DNA from: an uncultured Clostridia bacterium
GTDB taxonomy: Bacteria; Bacillota; Clostridia; Oscillospirales; Acutalibacteraceae
Length of the DNA stretch: 64,000 nucleotides
NCBI GenBank assembly: GCA_905235625.1
Contig: CAJOLX010000001.1
Coordinates: 38,587 to 102,586, forward strand
Reading direction: 5' to 3'
Part shown: positions 26,121 to 34,574 of the stretch, piece by piece
Position numbering within the stretch: the stretch's first letter is position 1
Layout: every line of letters begins with the position of its first letter
Notes under the pieces: model-generated
Seen by the model: only the letters and a program-made list of their open reading frames with translations
The model's database searches: none
Told to the model about the DNA's origin: nothing
Made by a program: the position numbers and the translations under genes

Positions 26121-26811
26121 AGACGTAATTATAGCGTGTGATTTTCCGTCCGCGGAGCAGACGCTTGAATTTCTCGATAAATTTGAAGGCAATAAGCCGT
26201 TTGTTAAAATCGGCATGGAGCTTTTTTATGCCGAAGGGCCCGAAATAGTCCGTCAGATTAAGAGCCGCGGCCATAAAATTTTTCTTGACCTCAAGCTCCA
26301 CGATATTCCCAACACCGTTAAAAAATCTATGGCGGTGCTCTCATCTCTCGACGTTGATATTTGCAATCTTCACGCCGCGGGCACCTGCAATATGATGAAA
26401 GCGGCGCTCGAAGGTTTGACCCGTGAAGACGGCACGAGGCCCCTGCTCATAGCGGTGACTCAGCTCACCTCAACCGACTCCGAGTCGCTCAAAAACGACC
26501 TGCTCATAGACGAGCCAATGGATAAGGTGGTTATGCACTATGCGCTCAACGCCAAAAATTCGGGGCTTGACGGCGTTGTATGCTCGCCGCTTGAAGCAAA
26601 GAAAGTGCATGAAACCTGCGGCAAAGAATTTTTGACCGTTACGCCCGGCGTAAGATTTGCAGACGGCGAAATCGGCGACCAGAAGCGTGTTATGACCCCT
26701 GCTCAGGCAAAAGAGGAGGGTTCCGATTATATCGTGGTCGGCAGACCCATCACGGCGGCTCCCGACCCCGTTGCGGCATACGAAAGATGCGTAAGAGAAT
26801 TTGTTGACTGA
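26113..26811 (+). CDS. pyrF: orotidine-5'-phosphate decarboxylase
   Basis: 232 aa; ..FLDLKLHDIPNTV.., ..IVVGRPI.. Confidence 0.9.
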   Translation: MGKDVIIACDFPSAEQTLEFLDKFEGNKPFVKIGMELFYAEGPEIVRQIKSRGHKIFLDLKLHDIPNTVKKSMAVLSSLDVDICNLHAAGTCNMMKAALEGLTREDGTRPLLIAVTQLTSTDSESLKNDLLIDEPMDKVVMHYALNAKNSGLDGVVCSPLEAKKVHETCGKEFLTVTPGVRFADGEIGDQKRVMTPAQAKEEGSDYIVVGRPITAAPDPVAAYERCVREFVD

Positions 26812-26831
26812 AAGGAAAGGAGAAATTTAAA

Positions 26832-27476
26832 TTGGACACTCAGAAGCTTATAGCAAAGGATTTGCTCAAAATCAAAGCGGTGTTTTTCAGCCCCGACGAG
26901 CCCTTTACGTGGGCGAGCGGCATTAAAAGCCCCGTTTATTGCGACAACAGGCTCACCCTCACCGACGTTGAGGTGAGGAACGACGTTGAAAACGCCATTG
27001 CTCAGACCGTTAAAGAGAATTACCCCGATTGCGAGGTGCTTATGGGCACTTCGACCGCAGGTATCGCCCACGCCGCCATTGCGGGCCACATTCTCGGCAT
27101 GCCCATGGGTTACGTGCGCTCGGGCGCAAAAGACCACGGCAGGCAAAATCAAATTGAAGGCAGGCTCGAAAAAGGGCAGAAGGTCGTCGTTGTTGAAGAC
27201 CTCATCTCAACGGGCGGCAGCGTTATAGAGGTTGTCAATACTCTGCGCGAATACGGCGCCGAGGTGCTCGGCATCGTTTCGATTTTTACCTACGGCATGA
27301 AGAAAGGGCTTGACCGCCTTGAGGAAGCGAAAGTTAAAAATATTTCGCTCACGAATTTTGACGTTATTGCCGAGGTTGCCGCCGAAGAAAACTATATTCA
27401 GCCCGAAGACATAGCGAGGCTCATCGCTTTCAGAAACAATCCATCTGACGAAAGCTGGATCGGAGGCAGGGCATGA
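26832..27476 (+). CDS. pyrE: orotate phosphoribosyltransferase
   Basis: 214 aa; PRPP motif [13 protein letters not shown]; TTG start 9 nt after AAAGGAG. Confidence 0.88.
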   Translation: MDTQKLIAKDLLKIKAVFFSPDEPFTWASGIKSPVYCDNRLTLTDVEVRNDVENAIAQTVKENYPDCEVLMGTSTAGIAHAAIAGHILGMPMGYVRSGAKDHGRQNQIEGRLEKGQKVVVVEDLISTGGSVIEVVNTLREYGAEVLGIVSIFTYGMKKGLDRLEEAKVKNISLTNFDVIAEVAAEENYIQPEDIARLIAFRNNPSDESWIGGRA

Positions 27477-28390
27477 AAAATCTGATAAACATTCTCGATT
27501 TATCTGTTGAAGAGATTGACGAGCTCATCCGCCTTGCGGACGATATCATAGCGGACCCCGATAAATACAGCGAGGCTTGCAGGCATAAGATACTTGCCAC
27601 ACTTTTCTTTGAGCCCTCCACAAGAACGAGGCTCAGCTTTGAATCCGCCATGCTGTCGCTCGGCGGTCAGGTGCTCGGCTTTTCGGAGGCGAGCTCAAGC
27701 TCCGCTGCGAAGGGCGAGAGCGTTGCCGACACCATAGCGGTTGTGAGCGGATACGCCGATATTATCGCGATGCGCCACCCCAAAGAGGGCGCTCCCCACG
27801 TTGCGCTCACAAGGTCAACCGTGCCCATTATCAACGCGGGCGACGGCGGTCATTTCCACCCCACGCAGACTCTTACCGACCTGCTGACCATAAGCCACGA
27901 AATGGGCAGGCTCGACAATCTTAAAATAGGCGTTTGCGGCGACCTTAAATTCGGCAGAACGGTTCATTCCCTCATAGCCGCCATGTCAAGATATTCGGGC
28001 GTTGAATTTGTGCTCGTCTCTCCCGTAGAGCTCAAGCTCCCCAGCTTCGTAAAGAACGACTACATCAAAGAAAAAGGCATTCCCTACACTCAAAGCACCT
28101 CTCTTGACGACGTTATCGGCGACCTCGACATTCTCTACATGACGAGAGTTCAGCGAGAAAGATTTTTTAACGAAGAGGATTATTTAAGGCTCAAAGACAG
28201 CTACATTCTCACCGAGGAAAAGATGAAAAAAGCGAAGGCTGACCTTCGCGTTATGCATCCTCTGCCGAGAGTTAATGAAATTTCTACTGCCGTTGACAGC
28301 GACCCGAGAGCCTGCTACTTCAAGCAGGCGCGCTACGGCAAATTCATAAGAATGGCGCTCATAATGGATATGTTGGGGGTAAGCGTATGA
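27473..28390 (+). CDS. pyrB: aspartate carbamoyltransferase catalytic subunit
   Basis: 305 aa; [22 protein letters not shown]. Confidence 0.92.
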   Translation: MKNLINILDLSVEEIDELIRLADDIIADPDKYSEACRHKILATLFFEPSTRTRLSFESAMLSLGGQVLGFSEASSSSAAKGESVADTIAVVSGYADIIAMRHPKEGAPHVALTRSTVPIINAGDGGHFHPTQTLTDLLTISHEMGRLDNLKIGVCGDLKFGRTVHSLIAAMSRYSGVEFVLVSPVELKLPSFVKNDYIKEKGIPYTQSTSLDDVIGDLDILYMTRVQRERFFNEEDYLRLKDSYILTEEKMKKAKADLRVMHPLPRVNEISTAVDSDPRACYFKQARYGKFIRMALIMDMLGVSV

Positions 28391-28809
28391 ATATAGACAG
28401 CATTTACACCGGCTACGTTATCGACCATATAGAGGCGGGGAAGGGCATGGCTCTTTACAATCTGCTCGGTCTGGGCAAGCTCGAATGCCCCGTCGCCATG
28501 ATAATGAACGCCTCAAGCAGGCGAATGGGCAAAAAGGATATTATCAAAATCGACGGCGACATCGACATTGATATGGACGTTATAGGCTACGTTGACCCGA
28601 ACGCCACGGTAAACGTTATTCGCGAAGGCAAGCTCGTTGAAAAGAGAGACATTACCGTGCCGACGGAGCTTAAAAACGTTTTATTCTGCAAAAACCCGAG
28701 GTGCATAACCTCCACCGAGCAGGAGCTGCCGCACATATTCAGACTGACCGACAGCAAAAACAGAATTTACAGATGCATCTATTGCGACACGAAAGCAAAT
28801 AATCAATAA
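28387..28809 (+). CDS. pyrI: aspartate carbamoyltransferase regulatory subunit
   Basis: 140 aa; Zn-domain cysteines CKNPRC..CIYC; ATGA overlap with pyrB. Confidence 0.88.
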   Translation: MNIDSIYTGYVIDHIEAGKGMALYNLLGLGKLECPVAMIMNASSRRMGKKDIIKIDGDIDIDMDVIGYVDPNATVNVIREGKLVEKRDITVPTELKNVLFCKNPRCITSTEQELPHIFRLTDSKNRIYRCIYCDTKANNQ

Positions 28810-28860
28810 AAAATTCCCGCCCGAATTAAGGCACAAAGCCCTGTTCGAGCGGGATTTTTT
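28808..28860. terminator. bidirectional terminator between pyrI and the convergent gene
   Basis: attcccgcccgaa ... ttcgagcgggat hairpin flanked by an A-run and a T-run. Confidence 0.6.
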
Positions 28861-28863
28861 ATC

Positions 28864-29367
28864 TCATTTAACACATTTGTTGCAGGGTGTAAGCCCCAAG
28901 CTGAGAGCTTCATCAAGAGTGGCGGGATAATATGTTCCGTTTCCGCAATTTGGATCGTAATGGTAACGCTTTCCGGTTTCTGTGATATAAACTGTCATGC
29001 CCAAATTCTGCCCGCTTTGAGCGTAACCTGAATTGTTGCGAACGGGAGCGGTCGTTGTTCTTGTCGTCGCTGAAGTCGGTCTTGTAGTGGTAGTTGCAGG
29101 TTTAGTCGTAGTAGTTGTAGGTTTAGTCGTAGTGGTTGTGGCTTTTTCGGTAGTGGTTTCCGTTGTAACAGCGGAAGACTCGGTTGTTACGTATTTGTCT
29201 TCGGCTGAAGTTTCTTCTTCCGATTCGTCAAATTCGGGCATCGCTCTTTCAATTTCTGCCGTTTCAGATTCAATTTGGCTTTCAGCAGGGTCGTCGTTTG
29301 ACAGCGCAACAGCGCCGATAATCAAAACAGAGAGTACGGCGACCATGCCGATAACGACTTTTTTCAT
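28864..29367 (-). CDS. membrane-anchored/secreted Thr-rich protein with C-terminal His/Cys (YH..C...C..C) small domain
   Basis: Start moved to MKKVVIGMVAVLSVLIIGAVAL (ATG 29367, 8 nt after GGAGG); TTTTKPTTTTTKPATTTTRP linker; C-terminal ..TGKRYHYDPNCGNGTYYPATLDEALSLGLTPCNKC. Confidence 0.6.
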   Translation of the reverse strand: MKKVVIGMVAVLSVLIIGAVALSNDDPAESQIESETAEIERAMPEFDESEEETSAEDKYVTTESSAVTTETTTEKATTTTTKPTTTTTKPATTTTRPTSATTRTTTAPVRNNSGYAQSGQNLGMTVYITETGKRYHYDPNCGNGTYYPATLDEALSLGLTPCNKCVK

Positions 29368-29380
29368 GTGTTTTTCCTCC

Positions 29381-29552
29381 AAAATAAAAAGTGCGCAGCC
29401 AAGGGCTACGCACGAAAAACGCATAGCTCTGATTGCTGCCACACAACTTTTGAGTCTACATACACTGTAAGTATATCAAAATGAGCTTGCGTTTTTACCT
29501 GGATAAAAACACAAACTTACAATGCAGTAAGACTCCTGTTCAGTTATGTGGC
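29381..29552 (-). ncRNA. candidate structured 5' leader (riboswitch-like attenuator), class not recognised
   Basis: 115-nt imperfect rod (29438-29552). The three mismatches I checked in its helices are G-U pairs only in the minus-sense RNA. It is followed by an intrinsic terminator (29391-29413 plus U-run 29381-29390) abutting the RBS, with competing antiterminator and anti-antiterminator pairings. Confidence 0.4.
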
Positions 29553-29558
29553 AAAATC

Positions 29559-29587
29559 AGTATAGCATAATGAGATTTGATAATCAA
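29559..29587 (-). promoter_or_regulatory. sigma-70-type promoter driving the leader and the 28864 gene
   Basis: Minus strand reads TTGATT, 17 nt, TATACT; the predicted TSS coincides with the first helix of the leader. Confidence 0.5.
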
Positions 29588-29615
29588 TCTTTTTTGTTTC
29601 AAAACCGAAATATTT

Positions 29616-29663
29616 TAAAAAATTAAATGCAAGGCGGGAATTTTTAATTCCGCACCCTGCATT
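29616..29663 (-). terminator. rho-independent terminator of the RNase gene
   Basis: aatgcagggtgcggaat / attcccgccttgcatt stem followed by a T-run on the minus strand. Confidence 0.7.
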
Positions 29664-29670
29664 GTTTTTA

Positions 29671-30231
29671 TCAGTATAATTGAGTGAACGTTTCGTAATG
29701 GTCGCCCGTATAATAAATCGAGCCGTCATCTGAATAAACTATTCTTTTCGCTCCGCGCGATGATTTGCCGAGAGTGTCAATGTCGCATTCATAATAGGTT
29801 TTTCCTTCGGGCAGCTGCCCCTCGTAGTTGCCGAAACGGCTGCCTCCTATTGCGCCGCCGGGGAAGTACGGATCAACGCTTCCGTTTTGCCAGCCGAGCT
29901 TTTGCGCCTCTTTTTTGGTTATGTAGTTTGAGGGCAGGCGGCCGTAAGTGTGAATGTAAAGCGCAACCTCGTCTTTGCTGTAATACTTGCCGTTTTCGTC
30001 TATCGCCGCAGGCTCCGTTTTTTCGGCGGATGAAGCCTCGGCTGATTTCGTTTCACTTTGAGAGCTTGGCGGCGGTTCGGTTTCGTCCTGCGTTATCTTC
30101 TCATCGGTTTGCGAAATCGTTTCATTGCCGCCGTCGTTTATATCAGTCACGTTTCCGCCGTGAAGCACCACACCGGCGGCGATTGCAAGCGCCAAAAGCA
30201 GAGAAATCAGTATTATGCGTAATTTTTTCAT
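29671..30231 (-). CDS. secreted barnase-family (N1/T1 microbial) guanyl-specific ribonuclease
   Basis: Start at MKKLRIILISLLLALAIAAG (ATG 30231 after GGAGGG). The C-terminal domain aligns with barnase: YITKKEAQKLGW.., YECDID (Glu73 equivalent), SSRGAKRIVYS (Arg83/Arg87), TGDHYETF (His102). Confidence 0.85.
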   Translation of the reverse strand: MKKLRIILISLLLALAIAAGVVLHGGNVTDINDGGNETISQTDEKITQDETEPPPSSQSETKSAEASSAEKTEPAAIDENGKYYSKDEVALYIHTYGRLPSNYITKKEAQKLGWQNGSVDPYFPGGAIGGSRFGNYEGQLPEGKTYYECDIDTLGKSSRGAKRIVYSDDGSIYYTGDHYETFTQLY

Positions 30232-30407
30232 CGTAACCCTCCGGAATAATCTTAACACAGCTTATTCTACGAGCAGAGTATATCATATATTCTTGCGGTT
30301 ATTCAACCTTTTTGCGCCGTTATTCTCAATAATATTGAAATATTTTATTAAAAGTGTTAATATAAAAAAGTAACTATTTTTACCGAAGAAATTCGGAGGT
30401 AATTTTT

Positions 30408-31829
30408 ATGAGCAAAACGCCGGATTACGTTAAATACGCCGCCGGTATCGTGCCGAGCGAAAGGCAGATAAAGTGGCAGGAAACCGAGTTTTACGCTTTC
30501 GTCCATTTCGGTATGAACACCTTTACCGACAGCGAGTGGGGCAGCGGCAATGAAGACGTTGACCTTTTTTCTCCCGACGAGCTTGACTGCCGCCAGTGGG
30601 CGAAGCTCTGCAAGCTTGCGGGCATGAAGGGCATGATTCTCACCGCAAAGCATCACGACGGCTTTTGCCTTTGGCAAACCGAATACACCGACCACAGCGT
30701 GAAATCTTCAAAATGGAGAGACGGCAAGGGCGACGTCGTTGCCGAATGCGCCGCGGCGTGCAGAGAATTCGGGCTTAAATTCGGCATATACGTTTCTCCG
30801 TGGGACAGGCACGAGGATTCCTACGGCGAGGGCAAAAAATACGATGAATTTTTTATAAATCAGCTCAAAGAGCTTTGTTCAAATTACGGCGAGCTTTTCT
30901 GCGTTTGGTTTGACGGCGCGTGCGGAGTCGGAGCCGGCGGCAAAAAGCAGGCTTATGATTGGCAGAGCTATTATGACGTTGTAAGAGAGCTTCAGCCGGG
31001 CGCAGTTATCAGCATTTCGGGCCCCGACGTTCGCTGGTGCGGCAACGAAATGGGAGTGGGCAGAAGCAGCGAATGGAGCGTTGTGCCTTATTATCACTGC
31101 GTTCATTACGCCGAGCAGGCTGCAAATGACCCGAGCCTTACGAAGCCGCCCAAAAAAATAAATCCCACCGCCCTCGATCTCGGCAGCAGGAGTGTTATAA
31201 AAGACTGCAATAAGCTCATCTGGTATCCGGCTGAGGTGGACGTTTCTCTTCGCAAGGGCTGGTTTTATCACCCGAGCGACGAATACACCGTCAAAACGCT
31301 TCAGAAGCTTATGAATATATATTACGATTCCGTCGGCGCAAACGCAAACCTGCTGCTCAACATTTCACCTATGCCGAGCGGCAAGATGCACGAGAGGGAT
31401 ATTGACGCTCTGCTCAGCATGGGCGCTCAGCTCGAAATTGATTTTAACGAAAACCTCGCCGAGGATTCCGTTATGACCGATAACCGTCACCTTGACGAAG
31501 AGCATACGGGTCAACATATTCTCAATGACGACCCCGACAGCTATTGGCACAGCGGCGATGACCCCGAAGGCAGCGAGCTTGTGCTCGACATCGGCGACGA
31601 ATACGATATTGATAAAGTGGTGCTCGGCGAGCATATCGCCACGGGCCAGCAGATAGAGAAATACGCCCTTTACGCAATGGTTGACGGCAAATGGAAAAAG
31701 CTCGAAAAGGGCACCGTCATAGGCTACAAGAGAATTTGCAGATTTAAAGAGATAAGGGTGAGATATTTTAAGCTCGTTATCGAGCAGGCAAGATGCTTCG
31801 CGACCATAAGCAAGTTTGAGTGCTATTGA
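30408..31829 (+). CDS. alpha-L-fucosidase (GH29) with C-terminal F5/8 type C (discoidin)-like domain
   Basis: 473 aa; ..FVHFGMNTFTDSEWG.., ..GMILTAKHHDGFCLWQTEYT..; the C-terminal ~130 aa form a beta-sandwich-like region. Confidence 0.85.
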   Translation: MSKTPDYVKYAAGIVPSERQIKWQETEFYAFVHFGMNTFTDSEWGSGNEDVDLFSPDELDCRQWAKLCKLAGMKGMILTAKHHDGFCLWQTEYTDHSVKSSKWRDGKGDVVAECAAACREFGLKFGIYVSPWDRHEDSYGEGKKYDEFFINQLKELCSNYGELFCVWFDGACGVGAGGKKQAYDWQSYYDVVRELQPGAVISISGPDVRWCGNEMGVGRSSEWSVVPYYHCVHYAEQAANDPSLTKPPKKINPTALDLGSRSVIKDCNKLIWYPAEVDVSLRKGWFYHPSDEYTVKTLQKLMNIYYDSVGANANLLLNISPMPSGKMHERDIDALLSMGAQLEIDFNENLAEDSVMTDNRHLDEEHTGQHILNDDPDSYWHSGDDPEGSELVLDIGDEYDIDKVVLGEHIATGQQIEKYALYAMVDGKWKKLEKGTVIGYKRICRFKEIRVRYFKLVIEQARCFATISKFECY

Positions 31830-32174
31830 TCATTCCCAGGTTTTCCAGATTTCGGGGCAGTAGCCTATCGTCGCCTGTTTGCCGTTTCGCACTATCGGCG
31901 TTTTAAAAAGCTCGCCGTATTCGAGCAGCTTCTCGATTTTGGCTTCTTCGCCCGCGAGATATTTAACGTAGCTTTTTTCATACATCTTTGATTTCTCGTT
32001 TATAAGCTCTTCGAGAGGGCAGCCGAGGCTCGCTCTAACGCTCGCGAGCTCTCCCTTGCTCAGCGACTTCTGAGTGAGGTCTATAAACTGAAATTTGATG
32101 TTTCTTTCTTTAAAATATCTTTGCGCCTTTTTGGTGTCAAAGCATTTGTTTGTGCCGAATATCTGAACGTTCAT
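31830..32174 (-). CDS. ArsC/Spx-family (YffB-like) small redox protein
   Basis: 114 aa from MNVQIFGTNKCFDTKKAQRYFKERNIKFQFIDL (ATG 32174 after AAGGA); the longer ORF-track version (to 32435) overlaps cca and is rejected. Confidence 0.7.
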   Translation of the reverse strand: MNVQIFGTNKCFDTKKAQRYFKERNIKFQFIDLTQKSLSKGELASVRASLGCPLEELINEKSKMYEKSYVKYLAGEEAKIEKLLEYGELFKTPIVRNGKQATIGYCPEIWKTWE

Positions 32175-32195
32175 TTTGTCACATCCTTTTTGATT

Positions 32196-33542
32196 ATGAT
32201 AATTGAAATTCCTTCTCAAGTCAATACGGCGCTTCAAATTCTCTCGGCAAACGGCTATGAAGCCTACGTTGTCGGGGGAGCGGTCAGAAACTGCCTTATG
32301 AGCATAACCGCCGCCGACTGGGACGTTACCACCTCCGCTTTGCCGGAGCAAACGAAAGAAGCGTTTTCCGATTACAAGGTGATAGAAACGGGCATAAAGC
32401 ACGGCACCGTAACGGTAATTATTGACTCCTTCCACGTTGAAATCACAACTTTTCGCGTGGACGGCGAATATTCCGATAACCGAAGGCCGGATTTTGTTAA
32501 ATTCACCTCAAGCCTTACCGACGACCTGTCAAGGCGGGATTTTACCTGCAATGCGATAGCTTATTCGCCCCTCTGCGGCTTTAAAGACCCGTTCGGCGGC
32601 ATGAAAGATATAGAGAGCAAGCTTTTAAGATGCGTCGGCGAGCCCGACGAAAGATTCGGAGAGGACGCTTTGAGAATTCTCAGAGCCTTGAGATTTTCGA
32701 GAACTCTGGGCTTTGAAATCGACCCCGCTCTTTCCGAAAGCATTCACAAAAACGTTTCTCTGCTTTCAAACATCAGCTATGAGCGAATTACGGCGGAGCT
32801 TTTTAAAACTCTGCCCAATGCGAGCGCCGCTTTTCTAAATGAATATTCCGACGTGATATTTCAAATCATACCTGAGCTTAAAGCCGAAAAGGGCTGTGAG
32901 CAAAATCACGAAAGGCATATTTATGACGTTTGGCGTCACACCTGCGTATCGGTTGAAAACTGCCCGCCCGACCCCGGGATAAGGCTCGCCGCTTTGCTGC
33001 ACGACATAGGCAAGCCTTCCTGCAAAACGACGGACGAAAACGGAGTTGACCATTTTTGCGGCCACGAGCAGGCGGGCGCCGAAATTGCCCGCGCCGTTCT
33101 TAACCGCATGAAGGTTTCAAACGCCGTTAAAAACAAAACGCTCACTCTGGTTGAGCATCATTCGATGATGCCCGAAAAGATGAGCAAAAAATCCCTGAGA
33201 AAATATATAGGCTCTCTCGGCGAAGAAACGATGAGAGATATATTCGCTCTCAGAGAAGCGGATTTAAAAGCTCAAAATCCCGCTTTTATCGACCAAACTC
33301 TCAAAGAAGCGGGGGAGGGAGTTAAAAATTTTGAAGAAGCTCTCGCAGGCGTAAAATGCTTTAAAATAACCGACCTTGAGGTGAACGGCTCCGAGCTTAT
33401 ATCGGAGGGCATTGAGAGCGGGCCGGCTCTCGGCAAGATCCTCTCAAGGCTGTTTGACGAGGTCATATCCGACGGGCTCGAAAATAAAAAAGATGTGCTC
33501 ATAAAGAGAGCTAAGGAGATATACGAAGATGGAAACAGTTAA
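32196..33542 (+). CDS. cca: CCA-adding tRNA nucleotidyltransferase with HD domain
   Basis: Start MIIEIPSQVNTALQILSANGYEAYVVGGAVRNCLM; DWDVTT; HD region ..LLHDIGKP.. Confidence 0.85.
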   Translation: MIIEIPSQVNTALQILSANGYEAYVVGGAVRNCLMSITAADWDVTTSALPEQTKEAFSDYKVIETGIKHGTVTVIIDSFHVEITTFRVDGEYSDNRRPDFVKFTSSLTDDLSRRDFTCNAIAYSPLCGFKDPFGGMKDIESKLLRCVGEPDERFGEDALRILRALRFSRTLGFEIDPALSESIHKNVSLLSNISYERITAELFKTLPNASAAFLNEYSDVIFQIIPELKAEKGCEQNHERHIYDVWRHTCVSVENCPPDPGIRLAALLHDIGKPSCKTTDENGVDHFCGHEQAGAEIARAVLNRMKVSNAVKNKTLTLVEHHSMMPEKMSKKSLRKYIGSLGEETMRDIFALREADLKAQNPAFIDQTLKEAGEGVKNFEEALAGVKCFKITDLEVNGSELISEGIESGPALGKILSRLFDEVISDGLENKKDVLIKRAKEIYEDGNS

Positions 33543-34572
33543 AATCAACGAAGCCGCCGAGTTTGACAAGTTTGTTTATTCTCACCCCAAGGGGCACATG
33601 ATGCAGACCTCGGCGTGGGGCAAGGTCAAAAAAGAATGGGACTGGACGGGATTTATTCTCAGAGACGATTCGGGCGAAATCAAGGGCGTTTGCGCCGTGC
33701 TCATTCGTCAGATACCGATGACTCCGTTTAAGATGATGTACGCCCCGAGAGGGCCCGTATGCGACCTTGACGATAAAGAAACCGTTAAGGAGCTTTTGCT
33801 CGCCGCCGCGGAATACGGCAAAAAGAACAAGGCCTATACCTTCAAAATAGACACCGACACGCCCTATTCCAACAAAGAATACATAGAGCTTTTAAAGTCA
33901 ATCGGCTTTTCATTTAAGGAGCACGGCGCGGGCTTTGACACCGTGCAGGCAAGATATATCTTCCGCCTCAATATCGAGGGCAAAACCGAAGAAGAGGTCA
34001 TGGCGGGTTTCCATTCAAAAACCCGCTATAACACCCGCCTTGCTCAGAGAAAAGGCATAAGAATAGAAGTTAAAGGCAAAGAGGCTTGCGAAGATTTTCA
34101 TAAGCTTATGCTCATTACCGGCGAGAGAGATAATTTCGCCACCAGAGACACCTCTTATTTTGAGAGGATCATGGACGCTTTCGGCGAAGACGCGAGAATT
34201 TATTTTGCCTATTACGAAGACGAGCTTTTAGCCGGAGCGCTCGACGTTCACGTCGGCGACAAGGTATGGTACGTTTACGGAGCGTCTTCCAATTCTCACA
34301 GAAACCTTATGCCGACCTATCTCGTGCAGTGGTCAATGATTCAGTGGGCGATTGAAGAGGGCTGCAGCTGGTATGATTTCAGAGGCGGCTATCCGGATGA
34401 AAACAATCCTCTTCACGGCATTTTTAAATTCAAGCAGGGCTTTTGCCCCGAATACACCGAGTTTATGGGCGAAGCGGATTTGATAATGAATAAAGCAGGC
34501 TATGCGTTTGTTGAAAAGGCGACAGAGGCAAGAAAGTCCCTGCGCAAAGTGAGAGCCAAGCTCAAGGGGTAA
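33529..34572 (+). CDS. FemAB-family peptidoglycan interpeptide-bridge aminoacyltransferase
   Basis: 347 aa; ..HMMQTSAWGKVKKEWDW.. N-terminus and overall FemX/FemA-like layout. Confidence 0.75.
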   Translation: METVKINEAAEFDKFVYSHPKGHMMQTSAWGKVKKEWDWTGFILRDDSGEIKGVCAVLIRQIPMTPFKMMYAPRGPVCDLDDKETVKELLLAAAEYGKKNKAYTFKIDTDTPYSNKEYIELLKSIGFSFKEHGAGFDTVQARYIFRLNIEGKTEEEVMAGFHSKTRYNTRLAQRKGIRIEVKGKEACEDFHKLMLITGERDNFATRDTSYFERIMDAFGEDARIYFAYYEDELLAGALDVHVGDKVWYVYGASSNSHRNLMPTYLVQWSMIQWAIEEGCSWYDFRGGYPDENNPLHGIFKFKQGFCPEYTEFMGEADLIMNKAGYAFVEKATEARKSLRKVRAKLKG

Positions 34573-34574
34573 AA

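Noticed and set aside
29040-29160. Tandem DNA repeats (~24-nt period), and similarly at 18897-18998.
   Set aside because: These are in-frame coding low-complexity tracts (TTTTKP repeats; GYD repeats) inside CDSs, not independent repeat elements.
29544-29729. 61-aa ORF downstream of and overlapping the barnase gene, considered as a candidate barstar/immunity gene.
   Set aside because: It overlaps the RNase 3' end and its terminator, has no RBS, and shows no resemblance to barstar (no acidic helix motif). It is very likely spurious.
30326-30345. The word TGAAATAT(TT) occurs upstream of both GH29 genes (30336-30345; 59130-59139 and 59148-59155 on the minus strand). Small palindromes also occur (TCAATAATATTGA at 30326-30338; GTTATATTATATAAC near 59199).
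   Set aside because: The motifs are short and AT-rich in AT-rich promoter DNA. The shared word contains a TTGAAA -35-like hexamer, so it is probably just promoter sequence. There is not enough evidence for a common operator.
32175-32435. Long version of the ArsC-like ORF (201 aa), plus the upstream extensions of cca (32121), the response regulator (35196), manA (42063), the PHP gene (42019), the HAD gene (52595), the GH29 (59126), the barnase gene (30258) and the 28864 gene (29442).
   Set aside because: The extensions overlap neighbouring genes or promoters and lack an RBS. In every case an internal Met preceded by a GGAGG-like RBS gives the canonical family N-terminus or a signal peptide.
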